From assembly GCA_004022145.1 (NCBI GenBank), contig RCNU01000008.1: a stretch of DNA of 64,000 nucleotides; one strand, 5' to 3'. Each line of letters begins with the position of its first letter. Within the stretch, counting starts at the first letter, position 1. Shown here in pieces: positions 1 to 13,055 of the stretch. The stretch comes from Paecilomyces variotii (Eukaryota). Under the pieces are notes generated by a model. It was given only the letters and a program-made list of their open reading frames with translations, was not told where the DNA came from and searched no databases. Position numbers and translations under genes: made by a program.

Positions 1-52
1 AAACCTGATGCGCACACAGCTGTCGCCAAAGGGCGCCGCCAACAGGAGCCAT
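1..52 (-). CDS. bioDA: 5' end of bifunctional dethiobiotin synthetase/DAPA aminotransferase (partial, runs off window)
   Basis: ATG at 52-50 translates MAPVGGALWRQLCAHQV, resembling the Aspergillus BioDA N-terminus that precedes the GANTDVGKT P-loop; divergent from bioF as in the fungal biotin cluster. Confidence 0.75.
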   Translation of the reverse strand, partial: MAPVGGALWRQLCAHQV

Positions 53-601
53 GGTGGTGAAGAGCTGCGATCACCTCTTCCTACTCAACCACCGTGCAAT
101 TGAGCGGAAATCTATGCGACATCAATTGGACTCAAAAGACTGCTCTGATTCCATGAATCAATAATCAATAATCAATCCATGCTATCTCGGAACTGATAAC
201 CGAACGCCGCGGCCACCAGAGCGCGTCCGACGATCGCTGGCGCTTCAACGGTTCCTCGCGGCCTGACAAAATTTTTCCCGTCGTGCTCCGCTCCACCAGA
301 TTTCTCATGGAAAAGGCGTTGGCCCCAACACGATTCGTCACCGGGAGCGTGCGGTCCATGGTGGGATTTTTCTCTGGAAGTTAAGTTAGTCTAGTTCTAT
401 CTGAACGGGAAATTTGGTCTATCTCGTTCTCCACTGGTGGCCGTCAGACCGGTCGATGTTAACTAACTAGGTCACTCCCGCAGTTAGTCACAGTTGGGAT
501 CTTTATAGAAACTCCCTCGTACCTCGGAAAGGAGCACAATGGCAATGGCGAAGCTCAAAGAATAAGATTGCTAGTTTTCTTGTTCCTGAAGATGCGTTAG
601 G

Positions 602-1948
602 ATGGCTTCTTCACAATCTCTCCTCAATTCGTTCCAGGCCGCGCTGAAGCGGAGGGAGGCCAAGTCATCCAGGCGAAAATTGACTGTGCTTCCCCCGGGC
701 TCCGTTGATTTTTCGTCTAATGATTTCCTGTCACTTTCTACATCTTCTAGTTTCCGGTCTCGTTTCCTACACCATGTGAACAGTACGCCTGCGTCTCAGC
801 CGCTGGCAAGCGGTGGATCCCGACTTCTGGACGGCAATTCCCACTATGCGGAGGAGTTGGAGAAGTTCATTGCGGGGTTCCATGATGCCCCGAGCGGATT
901 GCTATTCAATTCAGGCTATGACGCTAATGTCGGGGTCTTTTCATGCATCCCGCAGCCTGGGGATGTGATCCTGTATGATGAGCTGATTCATGCCAGCATC
1001 CACGAGGGCATGCGGCTCTCAAGGGCGACTAAACGCATCAAGTTCGCACACAATTCGCCATCAGGTCTAAAAGAGGCGCTGGAGAAGCAGATTCAGGATG
1101 ACCAGGCCATTGTAAATGGTACCCGCAATGTCTTCATCGCCCTGGAATCTGTGTATAGTATGGACGGGGATATCGCCCCGGTAAAAGAATTCATCCAGGT
1201 CGTGCACGACCTTCTCCCACGAGGCAATGGCTACTTCATCGTGGATGAAGCACACGCAACAGGTGTCTTTGGCCCCCGCGGCGCTGGCGTTATCCAGGGC
1301 CTAGACGAGCAGAAGCATATATTCATTCGAGTGCACACTTTTGGAAAAGCTCTTGCAAGTCATGGAGGTATCTTCGCGGCCCACGTCACTTGCATTTCGA
1401 TAGCCCGCTAATATTACGATTCAGCCATTGTTCTATGTGATCCTCTCACAAGAGACTATCTCATTAATTATGCTCGAAGTCTCATCTACACCACGGCATT
1501 GGCCTTCCCATCACTAGCTTCCATCCGCACAGCATACGAGCTCCTTCAGCGAGGTGAAACAGAATCCGTACGTCCCCGAACAGCCCAAAAAAGATATTCC
1601 ACACTTACTAATATCATCCAGCTTCGAGAAAACCTCCAATATCTAATCCGACATTTCCGCGCCCGTCTGAGAGAGATTCAACTAGCAGACTCCTCCATTC
1701 TGGAAGTAGATCACTTCCCAGACTCCCCGATCTTCTCCTTTCGGAGTCCATTCCCCCGTGATCTGGCAACTGCCTGTCAGCGTGAAGGGTTTATCGTTCG
1801 TGCTATCATGCCTCCCACCGTTCCTGCAGGTAAGGAACGGGTAAGGGTTTGTCTGCATGCCGGCAACACTACGAAGGAAATCGATGATTTTCTAAAGATC
1901 GTCCGGAAATGGGCGTCTGAGAAGAAAGGGGCTGTCCCTCGTTTATGA
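602..1948 (+). CDS. bioF: 8-amino-7-oxononanoate (KAPA) synthase, 3 exons
   Basis: Motifs DFSSNDFL, GSRLLDGN, ESVYSMDGD, DEAHATG, HTFGKA (PLP lysine). GT-AG introns ~1368-1424 and ~1568-1621 join ORFs 602..1411 and 1499..1948. Ends in PRL, a possible PTS1 variant. Confidence 0.93.
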
Positions 1949-2600
1949 CGCGGAGTGGAATTCTGTATCCTACTAGCTTGATGGCATAACAAGTGATCTC
2001 AGCATGCAGTTTCTCTTTTCTATTCCCAGCAGCTGGTCGGGTTTGTTCTTGTGTAACTATTTGAACATCATATAGGAAAATTTGGTTTATACTTCATATT
2101 TTTCCAACGAAAAAAATCTACTGTCAGCACCCTATCTACGCACTGTGCCACGATCCAAAATGCAACACGCCTCTCCTACCCTAAGTAAAGAATACGCAAA
2201 ATTACCTCCACCAACCATCTCTGAACGAAATGTAGGTCATAGATTTCCGTAGCTTCATTCGTGTAGTTGCTCACACAATCTGTAGGATTCCATGCTGAAC
2301 GGACACTTGCTTAGCTTCCCATTTTTGTTTCCGTGTTCTACAAGCTTGTTGATCGAAGCCAGAATCCCGCGCTACGTATCTCCAGTGTACCAACTCGAGG
2401 TATTCCTCGCAGTGAGAGCTTGCAACTATGGCCTTCCCTTGTCCAAGATGCTCACGCATAGACTTCCAGTCGTGAAGGAGGTACCTTATCCCTCCGCCAG
2501 GATCTGGAAGTGTTGTAGTAAATGTCCTTGCTGCGCATGTCCACCAAGTTACAAAAGGTATGTCTTCGTCTTTGTCTTCGTCTCCATTTCATTTTATTTC

Positions 2601-2679
<79 letters not shown>
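2601..2679. repeat. (TAT/ATT)n microsatellite, ~26 units
   Basis: Perfect trinucleotide run ending ~70 bp before the transposon TIR. Confidence 0.98.
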
Positions 2680-2680
<1 letters not shown>

Positions 2681-3169
2681 TTCCTTATATCTTCTCTTTC
2701 CCTCTTATTCTGTCTCTATCATTTGAGATGTTCTTCGACCCACATACTGTGTTTAGTCATCTGACGACCGTTTCCACCTGCCGACCATTTTTTTAAAAAT
2801 TCCCTAATTAATTCAACCATCTACTAAACTACTAATATAGATCCTATTTTATTAGCTCTTAAAGATTTAAAGTCTTTAAAGCCTGGCAAAAAGCCTAATT
2901 ATATAAAAACTATAAAAAAATATAATATAAATTAAATAACCCTATTGCAATAATATAAGGGTATCTAGGGCTTATTAATAGTCTAATATAAAAACTAACA
3001 ATTCTTAAATATCTAATAAGAGAAAATATTTATTAAATAGATTAATGGCCTTATAGAATATAGCTTACCTCTTTTATATAAAATATTATAAAACTTTATA
3101 AAAGAAATCTTTAAAAAAGAGTCTAGGCAATAATAGCTATTATACTTTATAAAGAGATATAAGAAAGAC

Positions 3170-3424
3170 TGTTAAGGTGCGGGCTTAGGAAGCGGGTCAG
3201 AATAAATAGAATAAGGTAGTTAATACTAGGACTAGCTATAAAATCTCTATCTAGCTAATTCAGACTAGAATAGGCTATTATAGGCAGGCTTAATAAATAA
3301 GATATAGTTTAAAGAGCTTAAATTTAGATTAAGCTATATATTAAAGATATCTTTATAAGGTTATATAATACCTTATATAAGTATTAGCTAATAGATCTCT
3401 ATCTCCTATACTAGCACTATAATA
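3170..3424 (-). repeat. LTR (3' LTR of the minus-strand element)
   Basis: Begins TGTTAAGGTGCGGGC; aligns to 8859-9113 with transition-type differences. Confidence 0.93.
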
Positions 3425-6400
3425 ATACTCTTCTCCTTAAGATTAAGCTCTATTAAAACTATCTCTTAGCTTTAGCTTATTTAAATAGTAATAGTAGAAG
3501 TTAGTAATAATTTCCTAAATATACTATAAATAATATATAGACTTTTTAATTAGATTATTATAACCTAACTATTTAATAATATATTATAATTAAAAGCCTC
3601 TATACTTATAATATTCTTATTAGGAGTCTAAAATATCTTTAATAATTTATTCTTTAAAACTATTAACTTTAACAGGTAGTAATAAAGGTTATCTTTATTT
3701 AAATATAGAGTCTTTAATAATAAGGCAAAGTAAGCTAATATTAAATATAGGATAAACATATATTAAGGTAAATAGGTTAAGCTAATAGATATATAAGCTA
3801 ATAACCTTAATAATATAAAATAGGCTAAGATTCTTCTAATTAAATTTCTTCTAGAAATATTAAATATAGATATTTTAAGTATTTAATTAAATAGACTATC
3901 TTATATAATAGTAGTAGGTTAAAGTTTAGTAATAATTAATCTACTTTTTATAATAGGCTTAAGCAATATAAATTTAAATATAGATATAATCTATAATATC
4001 TTATATCTTTTTAATAAAGGCTTTAATATCTTTAATAGCAGGCTAGTTTATAAATTAAATAAGTTTAAATCCTATATATAGATAGAACCTATAATTAGTA
4101 AAAAAAGGTAATACTCTAATAGTCTTAGAATAGTAGAAGTTTAATATAAATTTAGTTAAAGATAGCTAATTAACCTAATTATCTTATAAATAGCTAATAT
4201 AAGCGCATAAGTATTATTTTAAAATAGTATTTATTCTCTTAATCTAACTATTAGTCTTAAGATAATAAATAGTAAATAGCAGGTTTATAATATCTAAGTA
4301 TTAAATTAGATATTTCTAGAAAATAATAATAAATTAAAGACTTTAGTTAGATACTATAATCTTTAATAGCCTGTAAAACTTCTATATATAATAGATATAT
4401 AATTATACTACTCTTTTAATATTATAAATAGCCTAATAAAAAATAAAGTACTTTATCTTTATAAATTAGTCTATAATAACTAATATAGTATTATAATCTT
4501 AGTAAAATATAAGTCTAGTAATAAAATCTATTAAAATATCTTACTAAAAGTATTTAGAGATAAGAAGCTAATATAAAACTCTTTAATAGCCTTTATTTAA
4601 AAATATAATATAGTAATAGATATAGTAATTCTAGGTCTAGTAATTTATATATTAATATATATTTAGCTAATAATACTCTTATAAAATTAAGTTATAAAGC
4701 TTATATTTTCTAGAGTATTTAAATATATACTTATTATAGTATTCTTATAATAAGTAGGTTTTTAACTTATTATAATTAAGAATATATAGATAGTCTCTAT
4801 AATATAGATATCTTCCTCTTTATTAATAGTTAGCTAGTATAATCTTAGGATAATAATTAGCTTTATAATCTAGGGCTTATAAGATAGATTATATTAAATT
4901 ATTAAATAGATAAGCTATATCTAGTAGATCTTTAATACTAAATAAGTATTTTAATTTATTAGGCATAGTAAGAGAATTTAACTAATTTTATTTAATAGGC
5001 TAAACTATTTTTTTAATAAGCTAAATAGTCTTTTTAGTAAATTAGATTATCTCTTTAACAGGTTAAATAATCTTAATAAACTAATTAAGTAACAGGGTAA
5101 ACTAGATAGATTCTCTAAGCTAAATAAATTAATATCTTAGAGTAAATTAAGTAGATATTCTTATAAATTTAATAAGATTTTTAATCTTTTAAACTATTAG
5201 ATTAATAAAATAAATATACCTTACTATTTAACTTTTAATAATAGCTTTTAGTTTTAGAGATCTCTAAATCTATAGATTAAGGTTCTTCTTCTTTAAGACT
5301 ATTTAGCTCTAATATTATAACTATTTATTCTCCTCCTTAAAGAGATCTTCTAATCTCCTAGTTAAGATATTAAGTTTTATTTCTTACTTTCTAGGTTAGT
5401 ATATAATTTAAAAGTTAAACTAGGATAAAAATTTAGACTAATAGGCCTATTACTAGTTTAATAATTTAATTAATATAAAGTATTTTAGATTATAATAGTC
5501 TATAATAACTTTAATTAATAATAGTATATTTTTAAGCTTAAGGCATTACTCTTTAAAATAGTAGATAATTATTAGCAATTCTTTATTATAAATCTTATAA
5601 TTATATTTTATAATAGAAAACTTCTTTAAAAAAAATATAATAAAATATAGGATTCTTTTATTATACTAGGATATAACTTTAGCTAATATATAATTAGATA
5701 AATTAGTTTTAACTATAATCTTATAGGTTTAGTTAAATAGCTTTAAGATTAAGGCTTAAATAAATACTTCTTTTAGGGCTTTAAAACTAGACTAATAGAT
5801 AATTATCTAATTAAAGAGAACTCCCTTTTAAATTAAGCTTATAAGCAGTATAATTATTTTAGAAAAGTTATAAATAAACTAATAGTAAAAGTTACTAAAC
5901 CTAATAAAGGCTTATATATTAGTTATATAAGTTAAGGTCTTTTATTTAATAATTATTTTTACCTTATTTAAGTCTATCTTAATATAGTCTCAGCTAATAA
6001 TAATATTTAAGAATTTAGTCTTAGAAATAATAAACTCGCATTTTTAAATCTTTATATATAGGCCTACTTTATATAGCTTCTATAGAATAGCGCAGATATA
6101 TTAAATATATTTAGAATAAGTTATACTATATACTAAGATATTATTAAAATATATAATATAAAAGATATTAAAATAATCTTATAGAATATTATTAATAAAC
6201 CTTTAAAATATTACTAGTACTTCTATTAAGCTAAATAATATTATTAATAATTTAAATAAACTAAGTTAGGTATAAAAGGCAGTTAGATATTCTTATCTCT
6301 TCTTAATATAAAGATTATTAAATATAGAAATAATATTAATCTTTATAAAATACTTTATTCTTTTTAGATTATTTAAAGTCTCTTTAATTAGAGGTAAAGA

Positions 6401-8858
6401 ATATTAGTCTTTAATAATTATTATGTTTAAGGCTTAATAATTTATATAGATTTATATTCTTCTATTAAGCTTCTTAATAAATAGGATTAAGAATATAGTA
6501 GGTAATAAACTTAGGCAGATAAATCCCTTTTTTAGATTTTTTTTAATTTATTCCTTTAAGACCTTTAATTTATCTTAAAATATAATATATAAGGGTTTAA
6601 AAAGGAGTAACTTTTTTTTTAGCAGCTTAATATTATAATTATAAAAATAATATAATAATAAGTACTTAGCCTCTTTAAGAAAAAAGATATTAATATAATT
6701 CTTAAACTTCTTAAATAATAGGTAAGTAAGATCTTTTTCTTAGACTTATTTAATTCTTAAAGTAATATTTAGATTTTCTAGAATAATTATAAATATTTAA
6801 ATATTTCTTTAAATATAAGTAAAATAGGCGGCTAAAAAAATAAAGGCTATATTTCTCTTTTCTAATTTTCTAGATCTTAGAGGCAGGTATTAGAATAAAG
6901 CCTTTAGAAAAATATTATATAAGGCAAATATTTTAATTAGTTTTAGAGATATATTATAATTTTTTTAATAATAATTATTATTAAAAATAATATTATAGGT
7001 AATAAATTATAAATGTAGGTTATAGTATTTTAATTAAGGGAGTCTTAAGATAATAAGATAATGCGCCAGTTAGATAATATAGAACTTAGTATCTTTCTTA
7101 AAATAATTTTTAATTCTTATATCTATTTAAATATAATATATAATCTTCTTATTTTCTAGTTCTTTTTTATTAAATATATATAGGATAATTAAGCTTTTTA
7201 AAAGGATAGGCTTTAATTTTTAGTCTTTAGCCTATTTTTAATTTATAAATCTTTATCTTTTAACTCTAATATTAAGTAAAGTATAAATTAATAAATAGAT
7301 CTTTTTTTTCTTCTTTTTTAATATTATAAATAATATTATTAATTTTAATTATTATAGATATTTTTTAAAGTTAATTTTATAAATAGTAGTAGCAGAGATT
7401 TAGATAATATATAATTCTTAAGCCTAGCTATAACTTACTTTAGGCTTACTTCTTTTATTAAAGATTAACTAAGGGATAGACTATATAAGTTTAAGAACTA
7501 GATTATCTAAAAAATCTAAGGATAGAGTTTATATATAGCTATAATTTAAATCTTCTAATAGTTATTTAAGTATAGATAATCTCTAATATAATATTCTAGC
7601 GAGCTATATTAAAAATAGGCGCTAATTTTATAATATAATAAGCTATATTTTCTCCTATTTAGGTATTTAGAAATATTTAAATCTATTAAATTATATAGCT
7701 ATATTAGGGCTAGTTTATTTTTTTATATAGGGCTTCTCTAGGGCTAGCTATTATATCTTATAATTAAGATAAGATTTAAAATAAATAAAGGGAATTAAAT
7801 ATACTAAGTAAGTTTTAAAATAGCAATATAAGTCTTTATAATAAAGGGCTAGTTTATAATATATTAATAGCAGCAGTTCTTAAGGTCTTATAAGAATTTA
7901 ATAAACTAATAATATTTATAACTTAGGGGCTAGCTATATAATAATATTTTTTAAAATTCTTAGCTAATAGCTTACTCTAATAGAATAAATAATATTCCCT
8001 TAAATATTTCTCCTTCTAATACTAGGCGCTAGAATTTAATAAAAAAGATTTTAAATTCCTTATTAATTTAATAGAGGTTAAATAATTTATTATATATATT
8101 ATTTATATAATTAGGATTATTAAATATATACTCTAGAATATTTAAAATCTTTTAATAATTATTAAGAGTATAGGTTCTATCTTTAATATATAATAATACT
8201 TAGGTATAAGGTATATTCTTTAAGTAATTAATTATATAAACTATATAGCTCTAAGGGATTAAGAATTAGTCTTAATTAATTATTATCTTCCCCTAGATCT
8301 AGGCTATAAAGTGCTAAAAATCCTTTTAGTTACCTTTAAATTTATTAAGATTAAGGAGTCTCTCTAAAAATCTAGGGGTAGAAAAAGGTATAATAATAAA
8401 TATCTTAAATACTCTTATTAGAGCAGCTATAGGCCTTTTAATACTAGGCTTAAGTTTAAATATAAATAAAGATATATTTATAATAAGTATAATTATATAA
8501 TAGGCCTAATCTCTCTTAAAGATAGCTTAAATATATTATTATTTTTTTTTCTTAAAGCTAGGTTTTTTAATATTATTAAATAGCTTTAAATTTAGTAATT
8601 TTTTATTTAAGTCTTTATTAAATAGCAGTAAATTCTTATTAAAGCTTTTAAAAGTATACCTTAATTTAATAATTTATTTTATTTATAATAGTCTTAGCTT
8701 TACTAATATATTTATATATTAGGTAATAATAATTATACTATTTTAGCCTATAGCTAATAGTAATATACTTAATAAACTCTCCTAGAGTTATTAGCAGAAA
8801 TAGAAAAATTAGGGCAGATATTATTAATAATATTAACTCCTAGGTAAGAGCTATATAG

Positions 8859-9113
8859 TATTAAAGTGCGGGCTTAGAAAATAGATTAGAATAAATAGAA
8901 TAAGATAATTAATACTAAAACTAGCTATAGAATCTTTATTTAGCTAATTTAGACTAAAATAAGCTATTATAGGCAAGCTTAGTAAATAAAATATAGCTTA
9001 AAGAGCTTAAATTTAGATTAAGCTATATGCTAAAGATATCTTTACAAGGTTATATAATACCTTATATAAGCATTAGCTAGTAGATCTCTATCTCCTATAC
9101 TAGTACTATAATA
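8859..9113 (-). repeat. LTR (5' LTR of the minus-strand element)
   Basis: Begins TATTAAAGTGCGGGC (mutated TG start); followed by the AAGAC TSD. Confidence 0.93.
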
Positions 9114-11112
9114 AAGACCTTCTATTAGCTTAGGGTATTATTATAGATACTTTATATAAGTAAGCTAATTTTATATTTAAATATTCTTTATATTTTAAGT
9201 TTATAAATTAAAAGCTATAGAAATTTAATATTAAGCTATATAATATTTATAATATAAATAAGAAGGGTTTTATAATTAAAGTCTTAAAAAAAATTAAGAG
9301 AATTTTTTCTTACTATTACTATAAATAAAGATATATTAAATAATTAATTTAAGATAAGAATAGGGAATAGATTATAATACTTACTATTATTTATATAGAT
9401 AGGATATTATTATTACTAGCTCTAATCTATAAAGCTATATTAAAAAAATTATAAAATATATAGCTTTAAGTATTTAACCCTAAAATTTATAAATATTTTT
9501 TTACCTCCTCTTCTAATAGCTAAACTAATAATAAGGTAAGATATTAATAGCTAATTAAGATCTTTAATAAGGAGATTAAGATAAAGATAGATAGAGGCTA
9601 CTAGCTATTAATCCTTAATAACTATAATTTCTATATTATAAAATACTTTATTAATTATTATAATTATAATAGAATCTTATTATTATTATTTCTATCTTAT
9701 TCTATATATATATTATAATTATTTAATATTTCTCTATTTAGCCTATTAGCTAGAGCCTATAATATTTATTTAAATATCTAATTAAATAAATGTCTAGGAT
9801 TTAGCCGCTTTAAAAAAAGGGATTTTCTTAATCTTTTTCTCCCTAGCTAGGATACTGCTTTTATAGTAAAAAATATTAATAATAAATAGGCAGTAATTAG
9901 TCTGTATCTATTTAATCTATAGGTTATTTTTAAGCATTTTAAAAAGAAATTTAAAGAGAGGCTTTTTTTAAGCAAATTAAGTTAATTAGTATTATCTATA
10001 AATAATTAGCAGGGGATTAAAAAGCTTCTATAAGAAGTTTTAAATAATATATATAATAAAAAAGCACTAAAGCTTATAAATACTATAATAGACCTATATA
10101 TTAAAAATATACTTCTCTAGTAATAAAATATTAGTCTATAATATATTATTCTTAATAAATAGGTAAAATAATAGTTTATTAGAACTTTATAGCTTTCTTC
10201 CCGCTAACTAAAAGATAATAATATTATCTTCTTTAATCTAACTAAGGTTTAGGAGATATAGTAAATTCTAATAGATAAAAAGAAAGCTAAATAATAATTA
10301 TAATACTAAAAATAAAAACTTTAATTTTAGTAGCAGTAGCAGTAAGAAGAGAAATAATATATTATCTAAAAAAAGTATAAAATCTGAGAAATAGATTATC
10401 TAACTCGCCTATAAATATAGGAAGAAAAATAATGCCTTAAAAAAAAAAAGTAATAAAATAGGCAGCTATTTAGCTTTAAAAAGAATTAAAATAAATTAAT
10501 TAAAGCCTAAAGAAAAGATCTAAACCTATAAAATAATAGATATTAAAAGAAAATACTATTAAACAGGTAGTTAAAGCTAAAATAAGCCCCTTAATAATAA
10601 CTAGTTAAGGACAGCAGATATAACTACCTAAGCAATTTAGGGATCCTAAAAACTAGTCTAATATAATCTACTAATCGCCTAGATTAAACCCTCTAAATAT
10701 TAATTAATTTAAATATGTTGTTGTTAAAATCTAGTAGATTTAATAATTCAGCATCCCATAGTAAAAAACGGTTGGCAGGTGGAAACAGTCGGCAGATGAC
10801 TAAACACGGTAGCGCTAAGTTACATGATCCATCGAATCATCTCCAGTCTATCTAGACTAAGATCCGCTATCCCCTAAACTCGGGAGGCCAAAACACCAGG
10901 TCCGACCTTTTACCGTCACCGAAAGTAACTTACTATCGAGTCCTCCCGCGAAGGCCATCTGTTGGCGTGGCGCTCATGGGCAGAAGTTGTTTTTCGAAGG
11001 ACAGATAAGTCTCGCGAAAACTACTGCTGATAGAAAACCCAAGTTAAACTCCAACTGGCGATAACCAGGCCCCCCGGTCCTGCGTTTTTCTTCGGTAGAT
11101 GTACACGCAACC

Positions 11113-13055
11113 ATGGACCAGATATTCTTCGAGGCTCGCAGTATGGTGAGCGTAATGCTCGATTGGCGACATGCTACTTACATACTACTTCCCCTAATCT
11201 GCCTCTCCACGTATTTCATCGTGCTAGCTCAGGGCTTCCTCACGGTCCGCAACAAAAAGGATGGCAGCTTACCCCCGACCGTTCCGTATGCTATTCCCTT
11301 TCTTCGACATCTGCCAGCTTTTATTCGAGATAGAGAAAGATTCCTGGGCAAGGCCATGTAAGTTGTCAAATGACCCATACAATGGATCATTATATTCTCA
11401 TACAAATATACATACATATATACTCATTTATTTACTCCCCATACAGCGTTCGATATGGCGCATATGTCCCAGTCAGGATTCACATCTTGAATAGATCTAT
11501 GACTCTGCTGTCCGGAGCGAAGCACATTTCCACTCTATTCCGGAACTCGCGAGACCTGAACAATGACCACTGGCAGGTTCAGATTCTCGTCAATGCATTT
11601 GGTCTTCCTCGGGAGGATGGCGACGTCCTTCTCAAAGACGACACGGGGATCAATGCTCAGCCGCATCCCAATAGCACCATGACTGTGGCCGAGCACCGGA
11701 TCTTTTATCTCCATCACCACACATTTGCCACCTGTCTGACCGGTTCCAGCTTGGACGCTCTAGCCAAACAGCTCGTCCAGACTCTATCAGACCAGTTCTC
11801 GAATTGTGATATTGGCCACGACACCTGGACTGAACTCCCAGACATATATACCAATTTCATCCGGAAGGAAGTCTTCCACGCAGCCATCACCGCTCTATGC
11901 GGCACGCATATTTTAGAAATCATCCCGACGCTCGATGAGGATTTCTGGGCTTTCGATCATGCGATGCCGGATTTATTCCAAGAGATGCCACGATTCCTGG
12001 TCCCGGATGCTTATCGTTCTCGCGATCGGATGAAGCAGAATATTATGAAATGGCATGATTTCGCGAACAGACATTACGACGTTACTCGAGCTGAAGAAGA
12101 CGAGCGGGAGTGGGAGGAGTTCTTCGGATCTAGAGTCATGAGGATCAGACAGAAGATATTCCATCGGACGCCACTGACTCCTGAGGGATACGCAGCTGAT
12201 GATCTGGGTATGATCTGGGGGTAAGTGGTACAGCTCTTTTATAAACCCTTTATATCCACTTTCCCCCTGACCTCGAATTAACGAATCCCTATTATCAGAG
12301 CAAACGGCAACGCCATCCCAGCAGCAGGCTGGTGCATCCTAGAAGTCATCAAACGCCCTGATCTACACCGACGCGTCCTGGATGAAATATCAGACTCCAT
12401 CACCATCACCCACGACGGAACGGATCCCAAAATTTCCATTGACATTCCCCGTCTTTGCAGCCAACCTTATCTGCAATCCATCTACGCGGAAACACTACGT
12501 CTACGTACCGGAATCGTCCTATCTCGTGTACCCACTTCAGACCTCACCATCGACGGCTGGCGGTTCAAAAAGGACGAACCCATAATGGCATCTAGCTGGT
12601 TCAGCGGTCGCGATGCTTCTGTCTGGAATACTGGTTCTCCTGATGATCCTCATCCCGTTAGTGAGTTCTGGCCAGAGAGATTCCTCGTCTATCCCAATGA
12701 TCCGGATAGTGGGCCCATCAGAAGATCCGGAACAACATCAACATCAACGACAACATCCCAGGGACAAAAACACGAGAAAACCGAACATCCCCCAAACCCC
12801 AAATTCTCACTCTCCAACACCGCCGGATCATGGATCCCGTACGGAGGCGGGGTAAAGATCTGTCCCGGTCGACACTTCGCGAAGCAGGAAATCATAGTCG
12901 TGATGGCGCTCTTCCTTACCATGTTTGAGGTTGAGGTTCTAATGACGGAGGAGGAGCTGCAGAATGCTATGAAGCCCGATCAGAGGTTCTTTATGTTTGG
13001 AGTCATGCCGCCGGCGGGGAAGATTCGAGCTCGAATGAGGAGGAAGAGGTTGTGA
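11113..13055 (+). CDS. Cytochrome P450 (CYP7/CYP8-like I-helix), 3 exons
   Basis: N-terminal TM plus PPTVPY; ETLR (ExxR); FWPERF; heme motif PYGGGVKICPGRHFA; introns 11358-11446 and 12221-12298 restore frame. Confidence 0.92.

Larger units (their letters stand above)
3170..9113 (-). mobile_element. RIP-degraded Ty3/Gypsy (possibly chromovirus) LTR retrotransposon nested in the DNA transposon
   Basis: Direct 255-bp LTRs 3170-3424 and 8859-9113; 5-bp TSD AAGAC (3165-3169, 9114-9118); polypurine tract on minus strand at ~3425-3438; decayed RT motifs on minus strand YFNNILVYS (=YLDDILVYS) ~6125-6151 and AFYT*LSLF (=AFRTRYGLF) ~6255-6280; weaker chromodomain-like remnant ~3540-3590. Confidence 0.92.
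2747..10809 (+). mobile_element. RIP-degraded Tc1/mariner-superfamily (Fot1/Pogo-like) DNA transposon, ~2.1 kb without the nested insert
   Basis: ~46-bp TIRs (ctgtgtttagtcatctgacgaccgtttccacctgccgacc at 2747; reverse complement ending 10809; 5 mismatches), TA on both sides. Plus-strand decayed DDE motifs: YNINKKGF (=YNMDEKGF) ~9248, NRE*IIILTIIYIDR (=NREWITILATICADG) ~9359, LLILNNYNFY (=LLILDGHGSH) ~9605, FLSYSIYIL*LFNI (=FPPHSTHTLQPLDV) ~9689. Confidence 0.92.

Noticed and set aside
602-1948. Apparent frameshift or pseudogene in bioF, and similar splits in the P450, prpD, ade4 and MFS genes
   Set aside because: Canonical GT-AG introns with branch sites explain the frame changes I traced
2292-2796. 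ORFs with poly-Tyr, poly-Leu and poly-Ile tracts
   Set aside because: Translations of the (ATT)n microsatellite
2800-10740. AT-rich block as mitochondrial insertion, contamination or centromere
   Set aside because: TIRs, LTRs, TSDs and decayed transposase/RT motifs account for it; only 8 kb and flanked by normal genes
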